Made by a program: the position numbers and the translations under genes. From the NCBI GenBank assembly GCA_050123235.1, contig JASFHL010000001.1, positions 20,651-84,650 on the forward strand: a stretch of DNA of 64,000 nucleotides, given 5' to 3'. The notes under the pieces were generated by a model, which had not been told where the DNA came from, ran no database searches, and saw nothing but the letters and a program-made list of their open reading frames with translations. Origin of the DNA: Candidatus Woesebacteria bacterium (lineage in GTDB: Bacteria > Patescibacteriota > Microgenomatia > UBA1400 > PJMF01). The first letter of the stretch is position 1. Every line of letters begins with the position of its first letter. Below, in pieces: positions 28,300 to 38,539 of this stretch.

Positions 28300-28989
28300 T
28301 TACTCAATCGCTACTTTTACACTAGGGCTCATACTGGCCGCGAGAGACATTTTGCTAATTTTGCCTTTTAAAGCTTTTATCAAAGCTTGAACATTTTCTA
28401 GCAAAGCTTTGCTGTCCATCGAGACTTTACCAACAGTGACATGCATAAGTGGTGCTTTTTTTTCTGTTTTGATAGTCATTTTGCCAGCTGCTAATTCTTT
28501 TTTCTTCAGTTCTGGATTGGGAGTGAGAGTGCCATTTTTAGGATTGGGCATCAAACCTTTTGGCCCAAGAATTTTGGCAAATTTGGTAATTTTGGGCATA
28601 TCTTGAGGAGTTGCTAAGAGTACGTCAAAGTCAATTTGATTATCGTTGATTTTTTTTAACACTGCTGGGGAGACAATGGCCACTTTAACAGTTTGGCCAG
28701 TAGCGTGAGGAAAGTTTAGTTCTGCCTTTTCTCCTGGTTTTTTAACTACTAAAGCAGCAGTGATAGTGCCATCAAATTTAGAATAAGAGAGTTTTTTGAC
28801 CAATTCTACAGCTGTGGCCAGATCATAAGCTTTACTTTTATCTATCTGACTACGAGTTGCTTGATATTTTTTACTACGGATTTTTTTCTTGATAACTTTT
28901 TTTTTCTCGACTTTTTTTTCTTCACTTGCTTTTACAATCTTAACTTTAGTATTTGAGCTGGACATGTCAACGTTTTTTTTGCTTCCCAT
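28300..28989 (-). CDS. rplA: 50S ribosomal protein L1
   Basis: FPHATG, FDVLLATP, ILGPKGLMPNPKNGT. Confidence 0.96.
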   Translation of the reverse strand: MGSKKNVDMSSSNTKVKIVKASEEKKVEKKKVIKKKIRSKKYQATRSQIDKSKAYDLATAVELVKKLSYSKFDGTITAALVVKKPGEKAELNFPHATGQTVKVAIVSPAVLKKINDNQIDFDVLLATPQDMPKITKFAKILGPKGLMPNPKNGTLTPNPELKKKELAAGKMTIKTEKKAPLMHVTVGKVSMDSKALLENVQALIKALKGKISKMSLAASMSPSVKVAIE

Positions 28990-29000
28990 ATTATCCTTTT

Positions 29001-29423
29001 TTAAGCTATTTCCACTCCCATACTTTTTGCTGTACCTGTAACAATTTTCATTGCCTGATCAAGATCATTAGTGTTAAGATCAGGGAGTTTTTTTTTTGCA
29101 ATTTCTTTTAATTGTGCAGAACTAAGTTTCCCAACTACATCAGTTTTTGTTTTTTGACTACCCTTTTTTAATTTTAGAGTTTGTTTAATCATAGCTGATA
29201 CTGGAGGCAACTTTAGTTCAAAAGTAAAAGATCGATCTTGATAAACTGTAATCTCAGCTGGAATGATTTGCCCTCTTTTATCTTTGCTTTTATCATTATA
29301 TTGTTTTAGAAAATCCATCATGTTGATTCCAGCTTGGCCCAGAATAGGTCCAACAGGAGGAGCTGGTGTAGCAGAACCAGCCGGTAGATTGAGTTTTAGA
29401 ATTTGTTTAACTTTTTTTGCCAT
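29001..29423 (-). CDS. rplK: 50S ribosomal protein L11
   Basis: PAGSATPAPPVGPILGQ, ITVYQDRSFTF, GTAKSMG. Confidence 0.98.
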   Translation of the reverse strand: MAKKVKQILKLNLPAGSATPAPPVGPILGQAGINMMDFLKQYNDKSKDKRGQIIPAEITVYQDRSFTFELKLPPVSAMIKQTLKLKKGSQKTKTDVVGKLSSAQLKEIAKKKLPDLNTNDLDQAMKIVTGTAKSMGVEIA

Positions 29424-29484
29424 AAATAATGTTTTCTTTATTTTTCAGATTGTTATTCTAACACATAAGTCTTGCTTTTGTTCT

Positions 29485-30132
29485 CTAGACTTTAGTGACT
29501 TGTAAAAAGTCTAATTCCACAGGTGTTTCTCGGCCAAAGATGCTAATTAGCACTTCGATTTTGCCTTTTTCTTCGTCAATCGCTTTCACAGTGCCTAAGA
29601 AATCATTAAATGGTCCATCAGTGATTTTAACAGCTTCACCCTCACTGAAGTCTGATTTGTATTGAGGGGTAGCTTGAGCCATATATTTTTGAATAGCCTT
29701 AACTTCATGTTTTGGCAATGGGGTAGGGCGACTACTCATACCCACAAAGCCAGTCACCCCTTGAGTAGTTCTGACAGCCAACCAAGAATCATCAGCCATT
29801 TCCATTTGAATCAGCATATATCCAGGGAATATTTTTTCATTGACAGTTTTGCGTTGGCCTTTTTTAATTTGGATTTTTTCTTTGGTAGGAATCAAAACAG
29901 ACAGAATCTTATGAGTAAGATTAAGAGTTTCTGCTCTTTGTTTAAGCGTCTCAGCGACCTTTTTTTCGTGTCCTGAGTAGGCGTGGACTACATACCACTT
30001 GGCTTTAGGATTTTTAGCCTTGGAAATGATTACTAAGTTGGGATTTTCAATTTCTACTTCCTGGACTTCAGGAGGGCTGATTGCTTGATCAGTCACTTTA
30101 TCTGAGACTTGGGTTTTTGCTGTTTTTGCCAT
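29485..30132 (-). CDS. nusG: Transcription termination/antitermination factor NusG
   Basis: WYVVHAYSGHE, IFPGYMLI, VTGFVG, KOW GPFNDF, IFGRETPVEL. Confidence 0.98.
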   Translation of the reverse strand: MAKTAKTQVSDKVTDQAISPPEVQEVEIENPNLVIISKAKNPKAKWYVVHAYSGHEKKVAETLKQRAETLNLTHKILSVLIPTKEKIQIKKGQRKTVNEKIFPGYMLIQMEMADDSWLAVRTTQGVTGFVGMSSRPTPLPKHEVKAIQKYMAQATPQYKSDFSEGEAVKITDGPFNDFLGTVKAIDEEKGKIEVLISIFGRETPVELDFLQVTKV

Positions 30133-30141
30133 AATATTTCT

Positions 30142-30327
30142 TTATCTGCTAATTAAAGATTTCATAATTGTATGAAAAACGAAATCAAGAGTACCGATAT
30201 AGCCGGCTACAATTAGGCTGACTAAAATGACTAGGAAAGTTTTATTGATAGTCTGTTTTTTATTCGGCCAAGTAACTTTTTTTATTTCGCTTAAAACTTC
30301 TTTGAAATATTTAATTAAATTTTTCAT
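30142..30327 (-). CDS. secE: Preprotein translocase subunit SecE
   Basis: EIKKVTWP motif plus TM; upstream of nusG. Confidence 0.95.
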   Translation of the reverse strand: MKNLIKYFKEVLSEIKKVTWPNKKQTINKTFLVILVSLIVAGYIGTLDFVFHTIMKSLISR

Positions 30328-30457
30328 TTTATATTTTGCGTAAGAGCATATTGTAACAGATATTGCTTGTAGAGAGAAGGATCAGGACGAGGTCTTCATT
30401 TTAACTATATTGAGGATTGGCAAAACATGCTAGTTGTTCTGTTTAATGATAATTAAA

Positions 30458-33358
30458 CTATCCCTGGGGGGGTTTTACTCCCTTACTCTTCATTCTTTCC
30501 ATCATACTGGAAGCACCGTCACCTCCAGGCATATTACTAGCGGTACTTTGTCCTGGTTGAGCTGGGGGAGTACCTCCTGGGATACTTTTTGTTTGTTGGG
30601 CTTGAGGCCTTGTTATTGGGCCAGCTTGTTCTGGGGTAGCGCTGGTTTTAACTTGCGATCGAGCGCCCATTCCTACTCCTATTTTTTGGCCAGTTGAGCT
30701 TGGAGGTCTTTGGGTACTTTGGCTAGGTCTAGTACCTGTTAAAGGTTGAGCCTTTTTAATTTTATTTGGATCAATAGCCTTGGCTTTACCTTTTCTTGAT
30801 AATAGGAAAAGAAGCAAGAGTAAGAAGAAAAGACCAACAGCTCCAGTCGTTAATAGAACATTGGTGGAGATCCCTCTATCTTCCAAGTATTCTTTGAGAG
30901 CTTCTAAGGCTGTTTGCTCAGCAATTAACTCTTCTTCGGTTTCAACGCCAGTGCTGATAGGTTTATGAGTGATCTCTGGTGAAGGGGAAAGATCCAGAGT
31001 TACCTCAGCGGTTGGAGAAGCTTCTTCATCTTCAGTGCTACTGCCTTTACTGAGAGCAAGACATTCATCATTATCAGGGTTACTTGGATGACGGCACTGA
31101 TTATTGATGCACTCTAGAGCATAAGCACATTCACTATCATAAGTGCAAGATGAATTACAGCTGCCTGCAATCACATAATCAAGATAGCGAGTTTGATAGA
31201 TTACATTGCTAGTGGCTGGTTCTCGACAATAAATATCTTCTAGATTTTCTGGATTACGACAGCGGTTCCACCAGCATTCATAACCAGCAGCACATTCACT
31301 GGTATCAGCACAATATTCGTTACAGCTTCTATTCAACCCTTGGTCTGGAGGGTTAGCACAAATTTCGCTATTAGGATTGCTTGGTAAACGACAGCGACCG
31401 GAATAACAGGCTAGATTGGCATGACAGTCATGATTGCTGGAACAAGTTTCGTTGCAGAGTCGACCAGTATAAGCACCTTGGCCAGTACATCTTGGCATAT
31501 AAAAGACTGCATAATCACTGTGGCCATCTCGATAATGTAGTCTAATGTAATAAACAGTATCTGGTGAAAAATAAAAAGCATTTTGATCAGCATTGTTCCA
31601 GTAAAAGCCACTTCCTTGAGTAACTAGATATTCATAATATGAATAAGTATCATTCACGACATTTTTATGAGCAAATTCTCTGAAGTCAAGGTAAGGGCTG
31701 ATGTTAATCCAGTCTACATCTGGATATCGATTGCGATCCCAAATAATATAGAGAGATTCTCCAGCTGAATCAGCATACCAACAACTTTCATAGTTATAGA
31801 GGAAAAAATCAGTATTTGTTTGACAATATTCCCATTCATGAGGTCTTGCTGCTGACTCATACCACCAACAATTATCTGCTTGGTTTTCAGTACAAGTCCT
31901 ACTACGGATGTTGTTGTAACATTCACTCCAATCGCTGCAGCTATAGAGATCATATTGGCACTGAGGCATACAAGGTTCTGATTGCTCATAGCTGGCTGGG
32001 GAGCAAGTATCACTACTATTGGCAGTTAAGGTATATCGGAATTGCTGATAACCATCAATACATTCACTAATGGCATTGCGGTCATATTGGCAATATTGTT
32101 GATTTTGGCAATCATAAGTAAAGTCTAGATAAGTCCAGTTACTAAGGTCAGGGGTACAGGCATCGGCAGCGCTAACTGCTACTCTTAGATACCAAGTACC
32201 GTCAAGGACGTTATTGAAGTAAACCACTGGTTCAGTCACTCGATTATTGATGACATCATTGGGATTGTCAGCGTTGATTGCCTGGACTAGATACTCGCTG
32301 GCATTAGCTGTGGCTGGCCAATTAACAGCAAAGTTCATTGTTTGTCCATCGCCACTACAAGTAATGCTGTTGCTATAAAGGTAGAAATTACTTGGAGCAA
32401 CACAACTGGCTAAAGTTGGTTCTGTAGGTATAGGAGTGGCTGGTTGTTCTGGAAGACAAACTCCATTACTACAGCCGTGTTCACAAATACGTCTGTCATA
32501 ACTGATGCGTTCACCATCTAGGCAGAACCATTCATTAATATTGGCACCTTGGTCAACTGGATTAAGAGTATTCCAGTCATTAAAGCAAAAATCAGTACAA
32601 TTTCCACTAGGACAGCTATTTTCAAAACTGTTGGCGCCATTGCCAGTAACAGTACCTAATACTTCATAATTGCGGCCACCATCAGAATCAGTACATTCAA
32701 GCTGATCCACTACATAATATGACCAATCATCTGGCATCACTAATTCATCACTTACATCACCATGTCTGAGGGCATAAGAATGGATACCTTCTGAGAAGAG
32801 GAAATCAAACTGAGCATTACCAGAAGTTTGTGGATTAAATTCTAGTCTAGCAATGGTCCTGTAATCAGTACTTATAAAAGGAATATTAGGGTCATTGCTA
32901 ATAATCATTAGTTGGACAGTATAACAATCCCTACATTGAGCAGGATTGATAATTTGTTGAACAATAGTTAGACCAGAGTTAGGAGCTGATTGAAAATTAA
33001 GCCCATTGGGAAAAATTTGACCTTGATAATCACCAAGATCACCTTGGACTAAGAATTGAAGTTGAACACCATCAATGGCTGCACCATGAGTATTAACTTG
33101 TATGTCTAAACTGTTATTTTCTTCGCTTAGAAATTGATAGCCTGATACGGGATAGGTACTGATACTGACAGCTCCTTCTTGATTCCAGGCTGCTTTTCTA
33201 ATATCTTGGCTCGTTTGTAAATTTTTTTGTAAAAGGACAGAACTAATCGCTAAAAAAATGAATAGACAGATAGTAAAAAGACCAGCAAAAATAGATAGCT
33301 TTTGATTAAAGCTCATTTTTTTAAATTTTTGATAGTATTGTTTTGCTTTTTTTTTCAT
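30458..33358 (-). CDS. Cys-rich surface protein with N- and C-terminal TM, cohesin-like domain and disulfide-rich repeats
   Basis: SQDIRKAA after the TM; LDIQVNT...IDGVQLQF cohesin-like beta domain; CTDSDGG, CSDWSEC and three CN..C....EC..C....CR.P.N repeats; Pro/Gln-rich cytoplasmic tail. Confidence 0.75.
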   Translation of the reverse strand: MKKKAKQYYQKFKKMSFNQKLSIFAGLFTICLFIFLAISSVLLQKNLQTSQDIRKAAWNQEGAVSISTYPVSGYQFLSEENNSLDIQVNTHGAAIDGVQLQFLVQGDLGDYQGQIFPNGLNFQSAPNSGLTIVQQIINPAQCRDCYTVQLMIISNDPNIPFISTDYRTIARLEFNPQTSGNAQFDFLFSEGIHSYALRHGDVSDELVMPDDWSYYVVDQLECTDSDGGRNYEVLGTVTGNGANSFENSCPSGNCTDFCFNDWNTLNPVDQGANINEWFCLDGERISYDRRICEHGCSNGVCLPEQPATPIPTEPTLASCVAPSNFYLYSNSITCSGDGQTMNFAVNWPATANASEYLVQAINADNPNDVINNRVTEPVVYFNNVLDGTWYLRVAVSAADACTPDLSNWTYLDFTYDCQNQQYCQYDRNAISECIDGYQQFRYTLTANSSDTCSPASYEQSEPCMPQCQYDLYSCSDWSECYNNIRSRTCTENQADNCWWYESAARPHEWEYCQTNTDFFLYNYESCWYADSAGESLYIIWDRNRYPDVDWINISPYLDFREFAHKNVVNDTYSYYEYLVTQGSGFYWNNADQNAFYFSPDTVYYIRLHYRDGHSDYAVFYMPRCTGQGAYTGRLCNETCSSNHDCHANLACYSGRCRLPSNPNSEICANPPDQGLNRSCNEYCADTSECAAGYECWWNRCRNPENLEDIYCREPATSNVIYQTRYLDYVIAGSCNSSCTYDSECAYALECINNQCRHPSNPDNDECLALSKGSSTEDEEASPTAEVTLDLSPSPEITHKPISTGVETEEELIAEQTALEALKEYLEDRGISTNVLLTTGAVGLFFLLLLLFLLSRKGKAKAIDPNKIKKAQPLTGTRPSQSTQRPPSSTGQKIGVGMGARSQVKTSATPEQAGPITRPQAQQTKSIPGGTPPAQPGQSTASNMPGGDGASSMMERMKSKGVKPPQG

Positions 33359-33406
33359 TATTCTTAATTTAAATTAATTTTCCATCTCTTTTTTTAATCT
33401 TAATAT

Positions 33407-34549
33407 TTAAGGAGGTGGAGTGTAAGTAGGTGAAATACAACTCTGTCCCCATTGATTGACTAATGCTGAATAATCCCAGATATTAACCGTAGCATCTGCT
33501 TCTCCATTTGGCCCGCTAATATCTGCGGCTGGATCATTAGAAAAAAATCTAGCTACCAAAAAAGCATAGTCATCTTGGTTTACCACTCGATCACCTGTGA
33601 AGTCAGCAGTAAGATAATCACAATCTACTTCTTCACCAACAGTAATTTGAACAGCAGCAGTAGTCTCAGCACCCCATTCGTCAGTGACGGTTAGAGTGAC
33701 ATTGTAAGTACCACTTCCGCGGTAGGTGTGGTCAGGATTTTGTACAGTATTTTCTAAACCATCATCATAGTGCCATAAATAAGTAATATCATCACCATCA
33801 GGATCATAAGAGCCATCACTGCTAAATTGGACAGTTAAAGGGGCGCTGCCAGAAGTAGGACTGGCGGAAATTTGTACCACAGGAGCCTGATTTCCGGCTG
33901 GTGGAGTGATACCACTGACAGTAATTCTGACAGTATCAGTGTCACTTTCTCCATCAGGATCAGTGACAGTAAGAGTTACATTATATACTCCAGCTTCGGC
34001 AAAGGTGATATTAGCATTTTGACGATAAAGGATAGTGCCATTATCAAAATCCCAAGCAAAAGTTATTCGATCGTCATCTGGGTCATGTGAACCAGCTCCA
34101 TTAAAATTGACAGCTAATGGGGCAGCCCCAGAAGTAGGATTAGCTATAGCCACTGCCACTGGGGGACGATTTTCTATAGGAGGGGGAGTGCCTCCTGGTG
34201 CTGTAGGACGGACGGTAGGAGTGGCTGAGCCTGCTGTAGGACTAACGCTAGGACTCGGCTCCTGGGTAGGACTGGGGCTGGCTGAGCCTGCTGTGGGGCG
34301 AGGAGTAGGGCTGGTTGGAATTGGAGGAGGAGTTGCAGTAGGAACCACCTGAGCCATTTTTCTTAATTCTTGTCTTTTTTGAACTAAATTTACTACAGCT
34401 ATCATTCCTAAGACTAAAGGTAGTAGTAAAAATATGGCAGATAAGCTTCTGATAGGGGTTCTATATTTTTTTGAGTAACGAAGAAAGTCTTTTTTGAAAG
34501 ATTTTACAAAATTTTTAGAATTAAAAGACTTTGGCATTGTTTTTTGCAC
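33407..34549 (-). CDS. Surface protein: TM, Pro/Thr linker, two PKD domains, C-terminal dockerin-like domain
   Basis: APL.V.F....S.DPD...WDF/WHY..G.YNVTLTVTD twice; DFTGDRVVNQDDY...DATVNIWDY dockerin-type pair. Confidence 0.85.
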   Translation of the reverse strand: MQKTMPKSFNSKNFVKSFKKDFLRYSKKYRTPIRSLSAIFLLLPLVLGMIAVVNLVQKRQELRKMAQVVPTATPPPIPTSPTPRPTAGSASPSPTQEPSPSVSPTAGSATPTVRPTAPGGTPPPIENRPPVAVAIANPTSGAAPLAVNFNGAGSHDPDDDRITFAWDFDNGTILYRQNANITFAEAGVYNVTLTVTDPDGESDTDTVRITVSGITPPAGNQAPVVQISASPTSGSAPLTVQFSSDGSYDPDGDDITYLWHYDDGLENTVQNPDHTYRGSGTYNVTLTVTDEWGAETTAAVQITVGEEVDCDYLTADFTGDRVVNQDDYAFLVARFFSNDPAADISGPNGEADATVNIWDYSALVNQWGQSCISPTYTPPP

Positions 34550-34757
34550 GCTATATCTAGAATACAGAGGTTTTTAACTGCTAGTCAAGCAGGAGTTTTA
34601 AGGTAGAGTAATCAAAAGCTGCTCTCACACTCTAAACTTTTCTGGACAATTAGTTAATGGTAATATATGAATAAATATGATAATTTCAATTGCTCAATAG
34701 AATGGAATTAAACAAAGAACTATTTCATAATTGAGCTTTTATAAAAGGAATGACTCT

Positions 34758-35645
34758 ATGACAGAAAAAAAAGTCAGAAAGGCGATTATCACTGATGCTG
34801 GCTTTGCTAGTAGATATTTGCCAATTACCAAAACTTTACCCAAAGCAATGTTGCCTTTAGGCAATAGACCAATCATGCAATTTATGGTTGAGGAGTGTAT
34901 GGAGGCTGGTATAAAAGAGGTTATTATTGTAGCTACACCCGAAGGAAAGCCGATTTATGAAGACTATTTTAATAATAGCGTCAACAGGATTCGCAAACAA
35001 CTAGCTGCTCAAGGTAAAGAGGATCGTTATCAACCAGTCCAGCATGTGCTTGATTATCCTAAGATTGTAGTAATTACCCAAGATCCAACTTTACCATATG
35101 GTAATGGTTCTCCAGTAGCTAGTGCCCAAAGATTTGTCGAAGGTGAAGAAGCATTTTTGGTGCTTTATAGCGATGATGTGGTTTTTGGCAAACAAGGTGA
35201 CGCTAGAACTTTAGTTGATGCTTATGAGAAAGATAGTGATGTTGAGGGGATTATTATGGCTCAAGAAGTCGATCCTCAAGTAGTAGATAAATATGGCATT
35301 ATTAGTTTTGTCAGTGGTTCTGAAGATGAATTGGATAATATTGTAGAAAAACCCGAACTAGATAAGGCCCCGTCCAACTTAGCTTCTTATGGCCGGTATT
35401 TGTTGAAACCTTCAATCTTTGAATTTTTAGATGTTAACAATATTGGCAAGGATAGTGAATTGTGGACAGTTGATGCTATTACTCAAATTGCTCGTACTAA
35501 AAAAGTGTTAGTAGAGAAAACTCAAGGCACTTGGATGACTACAGGTGATCCGGAAAATTATTTTAAAGCCCACCTTAAATTTGTGATTGAAGAAGAAAAA
35601 TATGGCAAAAATGTTAAACGATGGTTAAAAGAATTCTGTAAATGA
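34758..35645 (+). CDS. galU: UTP--glucose-1-phosphate uridylyltransferase-like sugar-phosphate nucleotidyltransferase
   Basis: KAII.DAGFASRYLPITKTLPKAMLP, KYGII, IVEKP, SNLASYGRY. Confidence 0.8.
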   Translation: MTEKKVRKAIITDAGFASRYLPITKTLPKAMLPLGNRPIMQFMVEECMEAGIKEVIIVATPEGKPIYEDYFNNSVNRIRKQLAAQGKEDRYQPVQHVLDYPKIVVITQDPTLPYGNGSPVASAQRFVEGEEAFLVLYSDDVVFGKQGDARTLVDAYEKDSDVEGIIMAQEVDPQVVDKYGIISFVSGSEDELDNIVEKPELDKAPSNLASYGRYLLKPSIFEFLDVNNIGKDSELWTVDAITQIARTKKVLVEKTQGTWMTTGDPENYFKAHLKFVIEEEKYGKNVKRWLKEFCK

Positions 35646-35741
35646 ATAAAAACTTAAAATAATTTATAATTAAAAAGAAATAGTTAGCATTAGTTTGGTA
35701 TTGACTCTGAAAAAAGTAATGCCAAAAAAAGTAAAGAGTTA

Positions 35742-35902
35742 CCTTAACAGCCAAATGTGAGGGGAAAGCAAATTTTCCTCAACAGCTCTCTTAAGGGTTT
35801 ATGGATTGTCTGGTTAAGCTGTGGCAAAACTGGCTTCCTACCCACCTGAATTATTCGGGGAAGCAGCTGCCCCTCACAATTGGTTGTTAAGGGTTTTTTT
35901 TT
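35742..35902 (+). ncRNA. Candidate ~150-nt structured RNA (possibly 6S-like)
   Basis: 23-bp closing stem 35742-35764 / 35870-35892 (one G-U, one mismatch), internal hairpins, 3' T9. Confidence 0.45.
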
Positions 35903-35996
35903 GTATAATAGAGTTTATTGCAAAATAAGAGTCTGAGTAGAAGGCTTATCAGTAGTAAATGTAGCTAATTAGATCTTATTTTGTAATAACGATAAT

Positions 35997-36070
35997 GCCT
36001 TTGTAGCTCAGTCGGTTAGAGCGCAGTCTTGGTAAGACTGAGGTCTCGGGTTCGACTCCCGACAAAGGCT
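35997..36070 (+). tRNA. tRNA-Thr(GGT)
   Basis: GCCTTTG/CAAAGGC acceptor, cagtc-ttGGTaa-gactg, GGTTCGACTCC. Confidence 0.96.
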
Positions 36071-36137
36071 CAGTGAATTGCTATGAATTACAAGATGGTT
36101 GTTCAGGGTTTTAGCTCGGCACAAATAGCTTTACTTA

Positions 36138-36220
36138 GCCAGGTTACTCAAGTGGTCAACGAGGGCAGTCTGTAAAACTGCTGGCTTTCGCCTACGTAGG
36201 TTCGAATCCTACACCTGGCA
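36138..36220 (+). tRNA. tRNA-Tyr(GTA)
   Basis: GCCAGGT/ACCTGGC acceptor, gcagt-ctGTAaa-actgc, long variable arm ggc-tttc-gcc. Confidence 0.96.
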
Positions 36221-36338
36221 CAATTTATTAAAACGAAAATTAAATTATGAGTCTTTATCAAGAAGAAGATATACGCACATACTTAGAAAAGTGAAGAAAG
36301 GGGATAGTTGTAATGTTTTGATATGTTTTGATTTACTC

Positions 36339-36484
36339 TTGACAAATCTCAAGAATTTTAATATATTATTGACACGCTAATGTAAATAGCCCAAAAAAAA
36401 GGGCTTTTTTTTGTTCTCTAGAGAAATTTCTAGTCAATAAATTGAATTATTTTCCCTGGGAAGCCCTTCATGAGGGCTTTTTTT
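36339..36484 (+). promoter_or_regulatory. Promoter plus leader with two terminator-like hairpins before the PPDK-like operon
   Basis: TTGACA-17-TATATT (36339-36367); agccc-A8-gggct plus T-run (36388-36412); aagccct-tcatg-agggctt plus T-run (36461-36484). Confidence 0.6.
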
Positions 36485-36503
36485 GTTTTTAAGAAAGGAT
36501 TTT

Positions 36504-37628
36504 ATGACTTACATTCAGCCTTTATCAAAATATAAATTTAACCTAAAAGCTAAGAAACTAGAGGGTCTTGCTAGATTAGCTCAGTTAAATATTCCGACTG
36601 TTTCAAATTTGTTTATTGTCTCTACAAAACTTTATTTTGAGTTTTTAGAGACAAATAAACTATCTTCAGCAGCTTTGCGAGAATTAAAGGACGTGTTCAA
36701 TTCTATTCGCAAACAAGGGGAAAGCATTACTTTAAGAAATTCCATTTATGAAGATGCAAATCCTGCTATTGCTTTTAGCGTTAGCAATTCTCTGAATCTG
36801 AAAACTTTTTCTGAATTTAAAAAGAAGATGTTACTTGGTTTTAAAAAGGCAATCAAGACTGCAATTGATCCAAGCCAAGTAGAGTTTTCTTACTTAATCC
36901 AATCTTTTTATTCTTCTGAAAAATGTGGCTCTGTTTTATCAGATAATGGTCAAGGTTTGATTTATCTTCAAGCTATTTTAGGGCAGCACAGTAAACTGTT
37001 ACTTAGAGGGGATATTGAGCCTGATGTTTATGAAATCAAAAAAGGTAGTTACAAAATTCTTAAAAAACAAATTGCTAAAAAGGAACACAGAATCAAAAAG
37101 ATGAGTGCCGGCACTAAAAAGGTCAGGGTAAGAAAAGCTGAACAAAATAAGGCTGTTTTAACTGATGATCAAGTGAAGAGAATCGCCAAATTATCACAAG
37201 TAGTTGAAAGATCTTTTGGGCCACAGGAGATGGAATGGGCTGTGCTTGATTCAGGCAAAATTCTTTTTCAAGAGACTCGAGATTTTCAATTGTCAACTAA
37301 AATAAGTTTTACTAAAAGAGCAGATGTGATTTTTCCGGCACGCACTCAAGGTGAAGTAGTTAATCTCAAAAAAATGCCAAAAGCAGCCTCTTTGTCAGAT
37401 AAGATTGTGGTAACAAATAATTTAAACATCTCCTTTATTAATAAATTGGCTTTTCTACATCGTCCCAAAGCTGTGATTCTAACTAAAGGATCTGTGACAG
37501 CTCATGCTGCAACTGTGTTGAGGGAATCAAAGGTAACTACTATTTTAGCCAGAGATATTCAATTACAAGATGGAGAAAAAATTCAAATAGAAAAAGATGG
37601 AAGTATCAATAAGCTTGTTGAGAAATGA
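36504..37628 (+). CDS. PEP synthase/PPDK-like protein: degenerate ATP-grasp domain plus phospho-His swivel domain
   Basis: KLEGLARL, EPDVYEI, PQEMEWA...FQETR, KGSVTAHAATVLRE; ATG 36504 after aaagga. Confidence 0.8.
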   Translation: MTYIQPLSKYKFNLKAKKLEGLARLAQLNIPTVSNLFIVSTKLYFEFLETNKLSSAALRELKDVFNSIRKQGESITLRNSIYEDANPAIAFSVSNSLNLKTFSEFKKKMLLGFKKAIKTAIDPSQVEFSYLIQSFYSSEKCGSVLSDNGQGLIYLQAILGQHSKLLLRGDIEPDVYEIKKGSYKILKKQIAKKEHRIKKMSAGTKKVRVRKAEQNKAVLTDDQVKRIAKLSQVVERSFGPQEMEWAVLDSGKILFQETRDFQLSTKISFTKRADVIFPARTQGEVVNLKKMPKAASLSDKIVVTNNLNISFINKLAFLHRPKAVILTKGSVTAHAATVLRESKVTTILARDIQLQDGEKIQIEKDGSINKLVEK

Positions 37629-37707
37629 ACGATAGCTAGATATTTCTATATTTTAAATCATATTTTGAGAGCGATATTTAGCTTTTACTTATTTTTTTAA
37701 AAGAAAT

Positions 37708-38475
37708 ATGAAAACAATTATTAAAGCAAAAGAAATTAATCTAGATAATAGCAGTTTAGTAGGAAACAAAGCTGCCAATTTAGCTGAATTGTCTAAGAAC
37801 GGCTTAGAAACAGCAGACTTTTTTGTAGTGAGCAATTATGCCTTTAAAAGATTTCTTGACAAAAAAGCTTTGACCCTAGATTTGCAAAAAGATATCTGGC
37901 ATCATTTAATTAACTTTCAAGGTACAACAATGGCAGTTAGATCATCTGCCAATGTAGAAGATAGTAAAGATTGTTCTTTTGCAGGTCAATTTCATTCTTA
38001 TCTTTCTGTACCAAACCGAGAAGTTTATCAGGCGGTTGAGGATTGTTTTAATTCAGTTTTTAGCGATCAGGTGAATCTTTATTGTCAGTATCAAAAAATT
38101 GATCCAGCTGATATTAGAATGGCAGTCATTGTGCAAAAAATGATCAAAGCTGATAAGGCTGGCGTTATTTTTACAAAGGATGTTTTTAATGATGATAAAG
38201 ATAAAGTTATAATTGAAGTAGTGAAGGGCATAGCTGAGAAGTTAGTTGATGGCTCAACTAATTCTGAAAAATTTATTTTTTCTAAAAAAAGAAAAAAATT
38301 TCAAAATTATAAGAAAGGTAAAAACCAGCTTGATTCAATATTGACTTTGGAAGAAGCTGAACGTTTAGCAGAAATGTCTTTGCAGGTAGAGGATTTATTT
38401 GGAGGGGTACAAGATATTGAGTGGGCTATGGAAGATGATCAAATCTATATTTTACAAACTAGACCAATTACTTAA
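37708..38475 (+). CDS. PPDK/PEP synthase N-terminal nucleotide-binding domain, stand-alone
   Basis: VGNKAANL, AVRSSANVEDS..SFAGQF, MAVIVQKMI..DKAGVIFT, QDIEWA...YILQTRPIT. Confidence 0.9.
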   Translation: MKTIIKAKEINLDNSSLVGNKAANLAELSKNGLETADFFVVSNYAFKRFLDKKALTLDLQKDIWHHLINFQGTTMAVRSSANVEDSKDCSFAGQFHSYLSVPNREVYQAVEDCFNSVFSDQVNLYCQYQKIDPADIRMAVIVQKMIKADKAGVIFTKDVFNDDKDKVIIEVVKGIAEKLVDGSTNSEKFIFSKKRKKFQNYKKGKNQLDSILTLEEAERLAEMSLQVEDLFGGVQDIEWAMEDDQIYILQTRPIT

Positions 38476-38539
38476 TTTATTTGTAAATTTGCCAATCTCT
38501 GTTAGTTGGTCGTAGGGAAGCAAACATTAAAAATAGAAT

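Noticed and set aside
35830-35870. SRP RNA because of ggaagcagc
   Set aside because: The matching tcagg strand and GNRA loop of domain IV are not in the right place
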